A DNA stretch of 64,000 nucleotides, taken from assembly GCA_030041155.1 (NCBI GenBank), contig JASHOJ010000157.1, forward strand, positions 8,328 through 72,327. The letters run 5' to 3'. The position numbers were made by a program, and so were the translations under genes. This DNA comes from Candidatus Binataceae bacterium. GTDB taxonomy: Bacteria > Desulfobacterota > Binatia > Binatales > Binataceae. The notes under the pieces are model-generated. The model was not told the origin of the DNA. It did no database searches and was given only the letters and a program-made list of their open reading frames with translations. Below, in pieces: positions 25,832 through 34,860 of this stretch. Numbering within the stretch: the stretch's first letter is position 1; every line of letters starts with the position of its first letter.

Positions 25832-26023
25832 ATGAACAGCGATATCATGAAAGGAAAACTCAAGCAGCTCTCGGGCGAAATCAAGCGCAAATGGGGCCAG
25901 GTAACTGACGATGATCTCACTGAGTCACAGGGTGACTTTGACAAGCTGGTCGGAAGAATCCAGCAACGCTCCGGTGAGAGACGCGAGGCGATCGAGAAAT
26001 GGCTCCACTCTGAAGGCATGTAA
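25832..26023 (+). CDS. csbD: CsbD family stress protein
   Basis: ATG 25832 after GGAG. KGKLKQLSGEIKRKWGQVTDDDL...GDFDKLVGRIQQRSG is the CsbD repeat signature. Confidence 0.8.
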   Translation: MNSDIMKGKLKQLSGEIKRKWGQVTDDDLTESQGDFDKLVGRIQQRSGERREAIEKWLHSEGM

Positions 26024-26085
26024 TCAGCCCGATCTGTGACGAAAACTCCCACTCTGGTAATACCTCTTCCTTACGACTGCGCTTT

Positions 26086-26106
26086 CCGGCAGCATCCTGC
26101 TGCCGG
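26086..26106 (+). terminator. hairpin downstream of csbD
   Basis: CCGGCAGCA-TCC-TGCTGCCGG, a perfect 9-bp stem with no U-tract. Confidence 0.3.
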
Positions 26107-26300
26107 GATGCGCCAGTCACTACTTTTCGGTTCCGTTCTGGTAGGCGAGGCCTTCGATCTCGCCGGACATAAAACCGCTTTCCTACATCATTACGCGAAA
26201 TCTCCGTTGAACCGGAGCAAACGGTTGTGCACGATCTGATTCTTATGATCGTGCGCTTCGCTACCGAATTACCTGCTCCTGCCCTACCGGTGTTTCCAGT

Positions 26301-27128
26301 GTGAGCCCGGCTGCGCCATTTGGACTCGCCGCGCTGGGCCTGTTGCTGGGAATGCGCCACGCGACTGATCCGGATCATGTTATCGCGGTAACAACTATTC
26401 TGAGCCGAGAGCGGCGCATCGCGGCCGCGATGCGTGTCGGTGTCATCTGGGGACTGGGTCATACCGCGACCGTGATGCTGGTCGGTGCGGCGATAATCAT
26501 CTTTAAGATCGCAATCCCCGCCCGAATCGGGCTTGCGATGGAATTTGCTGTCGCGCTGGTGCTGATTCTGCTCGGCGTGAACGCCGCGTCACGGATGCTC
26601 GCGCGTGCAACGTCGCGCTTTTCGGAGCCGGAGGCAGTGCCCGCCACGCTTTCGGTCCATAGTCATGCGCACAGTCACGGCGCTTTCACGCATACTCATC
26701 CGCACGCGCATCCTGGGTATCTTCACGAACCCATGATCGTACACGATGCGGATCACCTCATCCACGCGGCGAAGCACGATCCCGATCAGATGCGCCGGCC
26801 GCTGCTCAAGTCGTTCGGCGTCGGACTGGTGCATGGACTAGCCGGCAGCGCCGCGATCGCGCTGCTGGTCCTGAGCGCGATTCCCGAACCAATGTGGGCG
26901 ACTGTGTATCTGGTAGTGTTCTGCATCGGCGTGATCATCGGGATGGGGTTGATCACGAGCGCGATCGCGGCGCCTTTTATGTTCGCATCGCGCAAAATCG
27001 CGTGGCTGCATCAGGGATTCGTCACCGGATCGGGTCTGCTGAGCTTCGCATTCGGATTGTTTCTCGCTTATCACATTGGGTTCGTGGATGGGCTGTTCCG
27101 TTCGGTGCCGATTTGGATTCCGCACTGA
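26301..27128 (+). CDS. Ni/Co-type metal transporter with His-rich loop (NiCoT/UreH-like)
   Basis: GTG start, 275 aa. RHATDPDH resembles the NiCoT HAxDADH signature. Loop is HSHAHSHGAFTHTHPHAHPGYLH. About 6 TM helices. Confidence 0.6.
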   Translation: MSPAAPFGLAALGLLLGMRHATDPDHVIAVTTILSRERRIAAAMRVGVIWGLGHTATVMLVGAAIIIFKIAIPARIGLAMEFAVALVLILLGVNAASRMLARATSRFSEPEAVPATLSVHSHAHSHGAFTHTHPHAHPGYLHEPMIVHDADHLIHAAKHDPDQMRRPLLKSFGVGLVHGLAGSAAIALLVLSAIPEPMWATVYLVVFCIGVIIGMGLITSAIAAPFMFASRKIAWLHQGFVTGSGLLSFAFGLFLAYHIGFVDGLFRSVPIWIPH

Positions 27129-27240
27129 CGCTCCGCTCGACGTGAGATCGCGTTGTAGGTTTCGCATCTGAGCACCATCTGCTTGCCTCCGCTCCACTTG
27201 ATGATAATGTCGAGTGAATCATTCGGAGCGGGCGCCGAAA

Positions 27241-28026
27241 ATGGATCTGCAACTTCGCGGAAAAACCGCGCTGATTCTGGGCGGAAGCAAAGGCCTTGGC
27301 AAAGCTATAGCGATCGCGCTTGCCGCAGAGGGCGTATCAGTTGCGATGCTGGCACGGTCAAAGGACGCGCTGGATCGCTCGGTCGCTGAAATCGCGGCGC
27401 GCGGAGGACAAGCAATCGGCGTCGCCGGCGATCTCTCCAACTGGCCCAGCATCGAAAGCGCAATCGTCAATGCGCGCGGCAGCCTCGGCCGCATCGACAT
27501 TCTCCTGAACAATACCGGCGGCCCTCCTCCGTCGGGAGTAGCGGGAGTCAGTCCGGAGTTATGGGAAGCGCAGTTTCATACCATGGTGCTGTCCCTGTTT
27601 CGCACCACCGCGATGGTTCTGCCCGAAATGCGCCAGCGCAAATGGGGCCGTATTCTGAACATCACCTCTTATATAGCCGTCGAACCGAATCCGGTGCTTG
27701 GAATCTCCAGCACGCTCCGCGCCGCGATTCATGGCTGGGCGAAATCGCTTGCGGCGGAAACCGCGCGCGACGGAATCACGGTCAACACGCTCCTGCCCGG
27801 AGTTATCGCAACCGATCGGTCGAGACAGTTGAGCCGCGCCACTGCCGAGCGGCAGGGTATCTCTATCGAGGAAGCCGAGCGTCGCACCGGCGAAAGCGTT
27901 CCAGTCGGGAGAATCGGCACACCAGAGGAATTCGCGGCGGTTGCGACGTTTCTCGCGAGCCCGCTCGCGGCTTACGTAACCGGATCTCTCATCCGGATCG
28001 ACGGCGGGATGCTCCGCTCGATCTAA
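27241..28026 (+). CDS. SDR-fold oxidoreductase (BKR-like subgroup)
   Basis: GGSKGLGKAIA, NNTGGPPP, NITS. The canonical YxxxK is not evident at the expected site (ISSTLRAAIHGWAKSLA), as in a known BKR-like SDR subgroup. Confidence 0.8.
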   Translation: MDLQLRGKTALILGGSKGLGKAIAIALAAEGVSVAMLARSKDALDRSVAEIAARGGQAIGVAGDLSNWPSIESAIVNARGSLGRIDILLNNTGGPPPSGVAGVSPELWEAQFHTMVLSLFRTTAMVLPEMRQRKWGRILNITSYIAVEPNPVLGISSTLRAAIHGWAKSLAAETARDGITVNTLLPGVIATDRSRQLSRATAERQGISIEEAERRTGESVPVGRIGTPEEFAAVATFLASPLAAYVTGSLIRIDGGMLRSI

Positions 28027-28040
28027 GCCATCTGCCGATG

Positions 28041-28697
28041 CTAGGCCTCCGGGCGGCGATCGAAATTCAGTCCGGTCGCCTTTTCCAGATCGGCGAGAGC
28101 TTGTTCTTCGCTAACCAGCTTGATCGCGACCATCCCGAGTTGCGCCGCGGTTTTGCAATTTCGCCCCAGATCGTCGACATACACGCAGGCCTTGGGATCG
28201 ACCCGCAGCAGCTCGCACATCATCAGGTAGATTTTCGGATCTGGTTTACGGATTCCAGCTTTCGAGCTTTCGATCACCGCGTCGAAGTGCTCCATCACAA
28301 CCGCGGCGCGAGATACCTTCGGCGCGCTATCGGACGGTCCCGGCATTTCGGCAACGAAGTTATTGGTGATGCATCCGACCTTGAAATGTTTTTTGCAGGT
28401 CAGCAACGCCTGAAGCATCGCGGGCCTGAGTTCTCCGGAAAGCAGCGGCAGTATGTCGCCGCCGCGCACCGGATGGCCAAGCGCGGCGGATTCTTCGAGA
28501 AATTTAGCATCGAAGCCGCGGCTGTCGATCGCCGCGCGCTCGAAAAGCGCCCACGCGTTCGCGTCGGGATTGGTCGCGTTCACGCTTCGAATGAAATCCC
28601 TGGGTAGATTGTGCTGCACTTCGTAGCGGTTGAATGCCTCGAAGGGCGACGTTGTAAACACACCACCGAAGTCCCAGATCACCGCCTGAGTCGCCAC
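28041..28697 (-). CDS. HAD-superfamily hydrolase/phosphatase
   Basis: 218 aa. N-terminal VIWDFGGV (DxG), GCITNN, C-terminal VYVDDLG. Confidence 0.8.
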   Translation of the reverse strand: MATQAVIWDFGGVFTTSPFEAFNRYEVQHNLPRDFIRSVNATNPDANAWALFERAAIDSRGFDAKFLEESAALGHPVRGGDILPLLSGELRPAMLQALLTCKKHFKVGCITNNFVAEMPGPSDSAPKVSRAAVVMEHFDAVIESSKAGIRKPDPKIYLMMCELLRVDPKACVYVDDLGRNCKTAAQLGMVAIKLVSEEQALADLEKATGLNFDRRPEA

Positions 28698-28713
28698 TGT
28701 GCTGATTCTCCTT

Positions 28714-29640
28714 TCATCTGTTCAGGATCGATGCGTTCATATCCGACAGGATCGCTCGTGCAATCCTCAGATAATAATCGACTACTCGTTTTGGATGATG
28801 ACTTATCGACCACTCGAGTTGCCGAATAACCATATGGGCGAGATAGATCGCGACCGCCTCGCGCTCGGCTACAGCAAGAATCCGGGCCAGCAGAGCTTTG
28901 CGCACCGGAGCATTCAGATAGTCATAGAACAGCAGCGTCGCCAAATCGAAGGCGCGGTCTCCAGCGCCTGATCCTTCCCAATCGATAACGGCGTTGATAC
29001 TCCCGCGCTGGTCTACAAGCACGTTCGAGCCGTTGAAGTCGCCATGCATCGCATCGGATGTTCGAACAGCGACGCTAGCACTGGATCTTGCCCGCTCCTG
29101 CATTTCAGCAAGCATCGCGGCGGTCTCGTCCGAGTAATTGCGCAACGCGTCAAGTACGCACCACTGCCTGAAGCCAACAAGAATGCTTGTGAAAATCGTT
29201 TCGCGCCAACTGCTTTCCACCCCCGCTGCGGCACCGTTCTGCATCTCATTCAATTCGAACAGCCGCGGAAGATAGCGCTGGTCGAGCGGATGCATCGGCG
29301 TCGTCATCTGCTGGCCGGCCACGAGTTCGCGAACCGCGTAGCCGATCGCGTCATCGCGACCAGTGAGCAGGTATGCGGGAATCGGATAGCCGCGCTGCCG
29401 AAGCCGATTCGTAAGTGTCACCGCACGCTGGATATGAAAGTTCGGTCCGCTGCTCCATTTGAGCAGATAGCGACGCCCGTCTTTGTCTGTAACCATCCAC
29501 GGATGCGACTCGCCAGCCGGTGCTTGCTCGACGAGCCGTAGCGCGGCTCCGTGCCGCCGATTTACGATTTCGACAATCTCGCGTGCGCTGGCAATCGAGT
29601 CCGCAGTGTTATCGGTCATGGTTCCGCGCGCGATGCCCAT
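28714..29640 (-). CDS. APH/choline-kinase-fold phosphotransferase
   Basis: 308 aa. Catalytic HGDFNGSNVLVD and IDWEGSGAGDRAFDLA. Confidence 0.75.
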   Translation of the reverse strand: MGIARGTMTDNTADSIASAREIVEIVNRRHGAALRLVEQAPAGESHPWMVTDKDGRRYLLKWSSGPNFHIQRAVTLTNRLRQRGYPIPAYLLTGRDDAIGYAVRELVAGQQMTTPMHPLDQRYLPRLFELNEMQNGAAAGVESSWRETIFTSILVGFRQWCVLDALRNYSDETAAMLAEMQERARSSASVAVRTSDAMHGDFNGSNVLVDQRGSINAVIDWEGSGAGDRAFDLATLLFYDYLNAPVRKALLARILAVAEREAVAIYLAHMVIRQLEWSISHHPKRVVDYYLRIARAILSDMNASILNR

Positions 29641-29648
29641 CTCTGGCG

Positions 29649-30431
29649 CTAGGCAACCACCGCGCCGTAGCCGGTCCAGTAAATGAGGAAATAAAGCAGG
29701 CCAATCACGAACAGCGCCGCGAATGCCATCAGGTCCGACGCGAGGAACGGGTATTCGATATACGTCGTCGGCCGGCTTAGCCGTCCGAAGCCGCGCGCCT
29801 CGAGCGCCATCGCCATGTTGTTCGCCTTTCGCAACGCGCCCATGAACACGGGAATCGAAACCGTGGTGTAACGCCGTAGTCGCTCGATCAGGCCGCCGGT
29901 GCCGAACTCATAGCCACGCAAGCACTGCGCGTCCACGATCGTCAGCGCCGAGTCGACGAACAGCGGCGCAAGCCGGAATGAAAGCGAGATAGCGAATCCC
30001 ACCCGGTACGGCACCCGCAGCTTCGCAAGCCCCACCGTGAACTCCTCAACCTTGGTGGTGGAGATGAACAGCACCGAGGCCGCGAGCAGCTCCGCGAGTT
30101 TTAGTCCTTTGCCCAGCCCAAAAATGATCGAGGCCCTGCGAATAGCGACCTTAGGCACGTGTATCGCCGCGGGCCCCGGCTGATACGTCGCCATCCACAT
30201 CAGCGTGGTGGAGATGATCAGGATAATGAACAACCATCTGAGCGCATAGAAGTTTCCCCCCGATCCGGTCACGAACGCGGCGAACAGCAGCAGGAATCCG
30301 AGTGGCAGCAGCGCGAGCGGGTTGTCGACCCAATACACCGACCAGAACATCACGAACAGCGCGATCACCTTGACCGTGGGATGCAGCCGATGGACGAAGG
30401 TGTCGCGCTCGATATACCGGTACAGCGCCAT
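29649..30431 (-). CDS. ecfT: ECF transporter transmembrane (T) component
   Basis: 260 aa, CbiQ/EcfT-like. ALRKANNMAMALEARGF contains the conserved Ala-Arg-Gly coupling motif. Confidence 0.8.
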   Translation of the reverse strand: MALYRYIERDTFVHRLHPTVKVIALFVMFWSVYWVDNPLALLPLGFLLLFAAFVTGSGGNFYALRWLFIILIISTTLMWMATYQPGPAAIHVPKVAIRRASIIFGLGKGLKLAELLAASVLFISTTKVEEFTVGLAKLRVPYRVGFAISLSFRLAPLFVDSALTIVDAQCLRGYEFGTGGLIERLRRYTTVSIPVFMGALRKANNMAMALEARGFGRLSRPTTYIEYPFLASDLMAFAALFVIGLLYFLIYWTGYGAVVA

Positions 30432-32212
30432 CAGACGCGCTCCTTGACCCAGGCGGCGAATTCTTGCGGCGACAGCGCGATAGTGCCGAACCGCTGCGCA
30501 AGCCGCGTAACTTCGGGCGGACGAAACGACGACGCCTTCAGCAAATCCACGTCGGCGAAGAACTCCCGTACGCCGCCGTCGAACAGCTTGCGCCCCTTTC
30601 GAATCAGGACGGCCCGCCGCGCGTACTCAGCCACCAGCCACGGCGTGTGAGTGATGATAACGATCGCGATTCCCGACGCGTTGAGTTCCTTCACCAGCGC
30701 CATCATCCGCCGCTGCTCGCGATAATCGAGGCCGGTCGTCGGTTCATCGAGAATAAGCAGGCGCGGACGCAGTGCCAGCACACTGGCGACCGCAAGCCGC
30801 TGCCGCTCGCCCTTGCTGAGCAGAAACGGATCGGCGCTGCGCCGATCCGCAAGCCCAACCGCTTCCAGAACTTCGATACATCGGCGCTCGATTTCGCTGG
30901 CCGCGAGGCTGAAATTGCGCGGTCCGAACGCGACCTCGTCCCACACCGTCGCGGCGAATATTTGATGGTCGGGGTTCTGGAAAACGTAAGCGGCCTCTTT
31001 AGCGGTTTCCGACGCGCGCATACCCTTGCGGTCGCGACCGTTGAGCAGCACCGCTCCCGAAACCGGCTTGAGCAAGCCGACGATATGCTTGGCGAGCGTG
31101 GTTTTGCCCGATCCGTTCTGCCCAACAATCGCCAGGAAGTCGCCGGGCGCGATCGCGAGATTTATCGAATCGAGCACGCGCGGTCCGCCGGGATAATTGA
31201 ATGTGACATTCTCTATTTCCGCGATCGGAGCATCTGATGTGGCGGTGGAGGGACTCGGCAGCGTTGCCTCCACCGCCGGCTCGGCGATCGCCGGCGCGAT
31301 CGTCGGATGCGTCCGGCTTGCAAGCTGCGGATACGCGCGCGTTATCGCGGCGTAAGCTTCATCGACGCTCGCCGCATGACCGCCGATCCCAAGCAGCGCA
31401 AGGGCGCGATTGAGGCCGGGTGGTTGAACCCCGCACTCCTCCAGCAGATTTATTTTCGTCATCAACTCGGCCGGCGGCCCACTGAACACGATCGATCCTT
31501 CCTTCAACAGGATCACGCGGTCCGCGCGGCGAAGCTCGTCGCTTTCATGCTCGATGACGATAAGGCTCAGGCCCTGCTCGCGGAGGCGGCGAATGAGCGC
31601 AAACACCTCGGCCTTGCCCTCAGGATCGAGATCGGTCGTGGGCTCGTCGAGGACGATCACGCGCGGCCTGAGCGCCAAGACCGACGCGATCGCGAGCCGC
31701 TGCTTCTCACCGCCCGAAAGCGAAGTCGGGTCGCGATGCTCAAAGCCGGCAAGCCCGACCTCCTCGAGCGCCGGTTTCATGCGCGCGTTCATGGTGGCGC
31801 GATCGATCCCGATCTGCTCCATCGCAAACGCAACCTCATGCGCCACGTTGGTTGAGAAAAGCTGCGCCTCGAAGTCCTGGAACACCATCCCGACATCGGC
31901 GGCCACATCGGAGACGCGCACGCCGGTGAGATCGCGTCCCGCGACTGCAACGGTTCCGCTGAACACGCCGCCCTCGAATTCCGGGATGATGCGGTTCAGG
32001 CATTTCGCCAGCGTGGACTTTCCGGCGCCCGATGCGCCCATGACTCCAATCATCTCGCCCTGCGCCTGAACGAAGCTGAGACCGGCAAGTGCGGGCCGTT
32101 CGGCGTCGTGATAGGTGAAGCGGAGATTGGATGCGCTGAGCGCCGGCGTCGCAACCTCGGCGGCCGAGGGAGCGCCGATCTCGGTTTCCGATGGCTGCGG
32201 CTCCAGCTTCAC
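30431..32212 (-). CDS. fused tandem ECF/ABC ATPase (EcfA-EcfA')
   Basis: 593 aa with two ATPase modules. Module 1: Walker A GASGAGKST, signature LSGGEKQRLAIA. Module 2: Walker A GQNGSGKTT, signature LSKGERQRLAVA. Confidence 0.9.
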   Translation of the reverse strand: MKLEPQPSETEIGAPSAAEVATPALSASNLRFTYHDAERPALAGLSFVQAQGEMIGVMGASGAGKSTLAKCLNRIIPEFEGGVFSGTVAVAGRDLTGVRVSDVAADVGMVFQDFEAQLFSTNVAHEVAFAMEQIGIDRATMNARMKPALEEVGLAGFEHRDPTSLSGGEKQRLAIASVLALRPRVIVLDEPTTDLDPEGKAEVFALIRRLREQGLSLIVIEHESDELRRADRVILLKEGSIVFSGPPAELMTKINLLEECGVQPPGLNRALALLGIGGHAASVDEAYAAITRAYPQLASRTHPTIAPAIAEPAVEATLPSPSTATSDAPIAEIENVTFNYPGGPRVLDSINLAIAPGDFLAIVGQNGSGKTTLAKHIVGLLKPVSGAVLLNGRDRKGMRASETAKEAAYVFQNPDHQIFAATVWDEVAFGPRNFSLAASEIERRCIEVLEAVGLADRRSADPFLLSKGERQRLAVASVLALRPRLLILDEPTTGLDYREQRRMMALVKELNASGIAIVIITHTPWLVAEYARRAVLIRKGRKLFDGGVREFFADVDLLKASSFRPPEVTRLAQRFGTIALSPQEFAAWVKERV

Positions 32213-32994
32213 AGCAGCACCATCCCGGCGATCGCGAGAAACATGAACGGACTTACAATCACGGCCACGGATTTGTCATACGGCGCGGCATTCATCCACG
32301 CCGGAAGAAAAGCCGGCGTCCACCATCCGATCGAGAGCAGATTTCCGAGCACCCACGCAACCGCTTCTCCGCCCACCAGCATCGCAAGCCCGAGCCATCT
32401 GAGCGCCATCGGGCGCCGCTTGATCTCCGGCATCGCGTCGCTGTAGAGCAGCCGGCCTTGCCGCACTCGCGGATAGACGGCGATCAGGATAAAGGGCGAC
32501 AGGATGAGCGCGGCAAGCATGTTGTTCAGGATAATCACGTTGCCGAGCGCGGCGAATGGGCGCAGCGCAAGCAGATTTTCGCCCCATCCAACCAGATCCG
32601 CGCATAACACCGTGGCAGCCAGGCAGGTGAACACGAATTTCGCGATCGCGCGCGGAGACCGAGAAATGGGCGCGTCGCCGTGGCTAATCACTTCCCAAAC
32701 TTTATACGGAATCCATCCATAGGCGAGATTTGCGAAAAACCCGAAGATATCGGCTGGCGATGCGCCGCCAAAAAAATCTCCGATCGTGTTGCCGATAGCG
32801 CTTCCCCACGCTCCCGCGGGACCAAACAGGAACGAGCATACGACCGGAATCGCGTTGGCCGGGCGCAACTCGGTAACGCCTGGAATAAACGGCACTGCCT
32901 TGAAGGGAATAAGGACCGCCGCGTACAGCGCCGCAGAAATCGAACACAACACGACCATGCGCGTGTTGCGCCACATCGCGGTGAGGCCATTCAT
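32209..32994 (-). CDS. ECF substrate-capture (S) component, QueT-like
   Basis: 261 aa, polytopic. ...TELRPANAIPVVCSFLFGPAGAWGSAIGNTIGDFFGG... matches my recollection of the QueT family pattern. Extra C-terminal helices. 4-nt overlap with the ATPase gene. Confidence 0.55.
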   Translation of the reverse strand: MNGLTAMWRNTRMVVLCSISAALYAAVLIPFKAVPFIPGVTELRPANAIPVVCSFLFGPAGAWGSAIGNTIGDFFGGASPADIFGFFANLAYGWIPYKVWEVISHGDAPISRSPRAIAKFVFTCLAATVLCADLVGWGENLLALRPFAALGNVIILNNMLAALILSPFILIAVYPRVRQGRLLYSDAMPEIKRRPMALRWLGLAMLVGGEAVAWVLGNLLSIGWWTPAFLPAWMNAAPYDKSVAVIVSPFMFLAIAGMVLL

Positions 32995-33063
32995 CGGCGT
33001 CTAATCCGGGCCTGGGAGATATCGGTAATCATGCGGTAATAATCGGACATCGCGAGTCGTGCC

Positions 33064-33089
33064 GCTGACCAGTATGCTGACTGGTCAGC
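33064..33089. promoter_or_regulatory. perfect 10-bp inverted repeat upstream of hicB
   Basis: GCTGACCAGT-ATGCTG-ACTGGTCAGC. A second repeat, ATGCGCT-AAAC-AGCGCAT, lies at 33144..33161. Both share CAGTATGC. Confidence 0.4.
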
Positions 33090-33178
33090 AGCAATCAAGC
33101 GAGCCTCGGCGGATTGCAAGCGACCATTGCTGCCTCGATCAGTATGCGCTAAACAGCGCATCGGCTATTCTAGGTGCA

Positions 33179-33460
33179 ATGAAGGTTGAGAGCGGCAAGC
33201 ACGAGTTAGACAGGACGCGGCGAGACTCCTACCACTACACGGTTTATTTCGAGCCTCAGCCAGACGGCACCTTCGCGGTCGTTTTTCCCATGTTTCCAGA
33301 AATCGTCACATTCGGCAGAACGCTCGCAGAGGCGCGCGCAATGGCACGAGACGCGTTGCGTTGCCACTTGGAGGGACTGCGAAAGGACGGCGCGGGGATA
33401 CCGACTGAGACGCCACCTGCCGGCAGTCCGATTCGTGAAGAGGTCGTCATAGCCATTTGA
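33179..33460 (+). CDS. hicB: HicB family antitoxin
   Basis: 93 aa. YHYTVYFEPQPDGTFAVVFPMFPEIVTFGRTLAEARAMARDALRCHLE is the HicB N-terminal fold signature. Confidence 0.75.
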   Translation: MKVESGKHELDRTRRDSYHYTVYFEPQPDGTFAVVFPMFPEIVTFGRTLAEARAMARDALRCHLEGLRKDGAGIPTETPPAGSPIREEVVIAI

Positions 33461-33687
33461 GCCCGACCGTTCCGGTCCTAAAAGCGCGTGAAGTTGTACG
33501 TGCGCTTGAGTGAGCCGGCTTCTTTATTCATCATTCGACCGGTAGTCACGTTCAACTTAAGCATCGCCAGCGCCCCGAGCTTCGAATCACGGTTCCCAGT
33601 CACTCCGGCGACCTCCCGACCGGCACCCTTCGTTCAATCATCAGGCAGGCCGGTCTGACCGTTGAGCAATTCCGCTTGTTGTTGTAA
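33457..33687 (+). pseudogene. hicA: hicA toxin gene interrupted by an in-frame TGA
   Basis: TTG 33457 overlaps the hicB stop. Translation is MSPTVPVLKAREVVRALE*AGFFIHHSTGSHVQLKHRQRPELRITVPSHSGDLPTGTLRSIIRQAGLTVEQF, which is HicA-like throughout. TGA at 33511..33513. Absent from the ORF track because each piece is under 60 aa. Confidence 0.7.
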
Positions 33688-33732
33688 GCGACGAGCTAAG
33701 CAATCATTGAAGACGGACGTGGAAGGCTCGCG

Positions 33733-34092
33733 ATGCCGATTTACGAATATCAATGCACCAAATGCAATCGCCGCACGAGCGTGCTGACCACACGGATCAG
33801 CGAACGCGTGCGCGCTGTCTGCGAACATTGCGGATCCAAAAAGATGACGCGGCTCCTGTCGCGGTTCGCGATGCCCAGGTCCGAGGAGCAGCGGCTCGAT
33901 GCGCTTTCCGACCCGTCAAAACTGGGCGACATCGATGAACGCGACCCCGGCAGCATCGCGCGCGCGATGAAGAAGATGGGCCAGGAGATGGGCGAGGATT
34001 TCAGCGGCGATGACTTTGACGAAGCGGTCGAAGAAATGGGCTCCGATAGCGGTCCCGGCGACGACACCGGCGACACCGAAGACGATTTCTAG
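33733..34092 (+). CDS. FmdB-family zinc-ribbon protein with acidic tail
   Basis: MPIYEYQCTKC....CEHCGS has two CxxC pairs. Asp/Glu-rich C-terminus. Confidence 0.75.
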   Translation: MPIYEYQCTKCNRRTSVLTTRISERVRAVCEHCGSKKMTRLLSRFAMPRSEEQRLDALSDPSKLGDIDERDPGSIARAMKKMGQEMGEDFSGDDFDEAVEEMGSDSGPGDDTGDTEDDF

Positions 34093-34246
34093 CGATCAGG
34101 ATCAAAAACGGACGGGAACTGGGCGCGAAACGCTGAGCAGCGAATTCTGACCGCAGTCCCTCTAGCAGGAATTACACGACGCCAGCTCCGCGCTTTTTGA
34201 CTTATCCACGATCAGGCAAGAATCGCCTCGGAATTGCTAAACGCAG

Positions 34247-34726
34247 CTAATCGGCTTCCAGCAGGACGATGGCGGAGGCGGCCATCCCTTCGCCGCGGCC
34301 AAGTGCGCCCAGTCCTTCGGGATTAGACGCTTTCACGTTCAGGCGATCAGTCGGCGCTGAGATGACCGCAGCCATCTTCTCGCACATCGCGTTCAGATAC
34401 GGACTAAGCTTTGGCCTCTGCGCAAAAATCGTAACGTCAGCGTTTCCCAGCCTCCATCCGCGATCGCGCGCAAGCACCCATACGCGGCCGAGCAGAATCA
34501 GGCTGTCCGCGCCGGAATACGCCGGGTCGCTATCGGGAAAATGACGCCCTAGATCGCCCTCTCCTATCGCGCCGAGGATCGCGTTGGCGAGCGCGTGCGC
34601 GGCTACATCGGCGTCCGAATGCCCCTTCAGTCCCTTGTCGTGGACAATTTCGACTCCGCCCAGAACTAGCTTGCGTCCGGCAACCAGCCGATGGAAGTCG
34701 AAGCCCTGTCCGACCACGTGACGCAT
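34247..34726 (-). CDS. ispF: 2-C-methyl-D-erythritol 2,4-cyclodiphosphate synthase
   Basis: 159 aa. GQGFDFHRL, GHSDADVAAHAL. Confidence 0.9.
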   Translation of the reverse strand: MRHVVGQGFDFHRLVAGRKLVLGGVEIVHDKGLKGHSDADVAAHALANAILGAIGEGDLGRHFPDSDPAYSGADSLILLGRVWVLARDRGWRLGNADVTIFAQRPKLSPYLNAMCEKMAAVISAPTDRLNVKASNPEGLGALGRGEGMAASAIVLLEAD

Positions 34727-34860
34727 CAGGAAGCCGCCTCGCGCGGCATTCGACCTGCGCGCCAGTGGAGCCCGAAATCGGCTGCGTTGACAAGATTCAT
34801 CGCGGCAAGCAAGCTTTTGTCCAGTTTCCTGCTACGCCAACGAACAAGGAGTCTTCGGTC

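Noticed and set aside
33511-33513. In-frame TGA codons (here and at 57834..57836) as possible recoding (selenocysteine, or a TGA=Trp/Gly genetic code)
   Set aside because: Many well-delimited genes in the window terminate at TGA at the expected length, including TGA-ATG overlaps at 3565-3569, 7645-7648 and 8496-8499. No SECIS-like context was recognised. Nonsense mutations in decaying TA genes are the simpler explanation.
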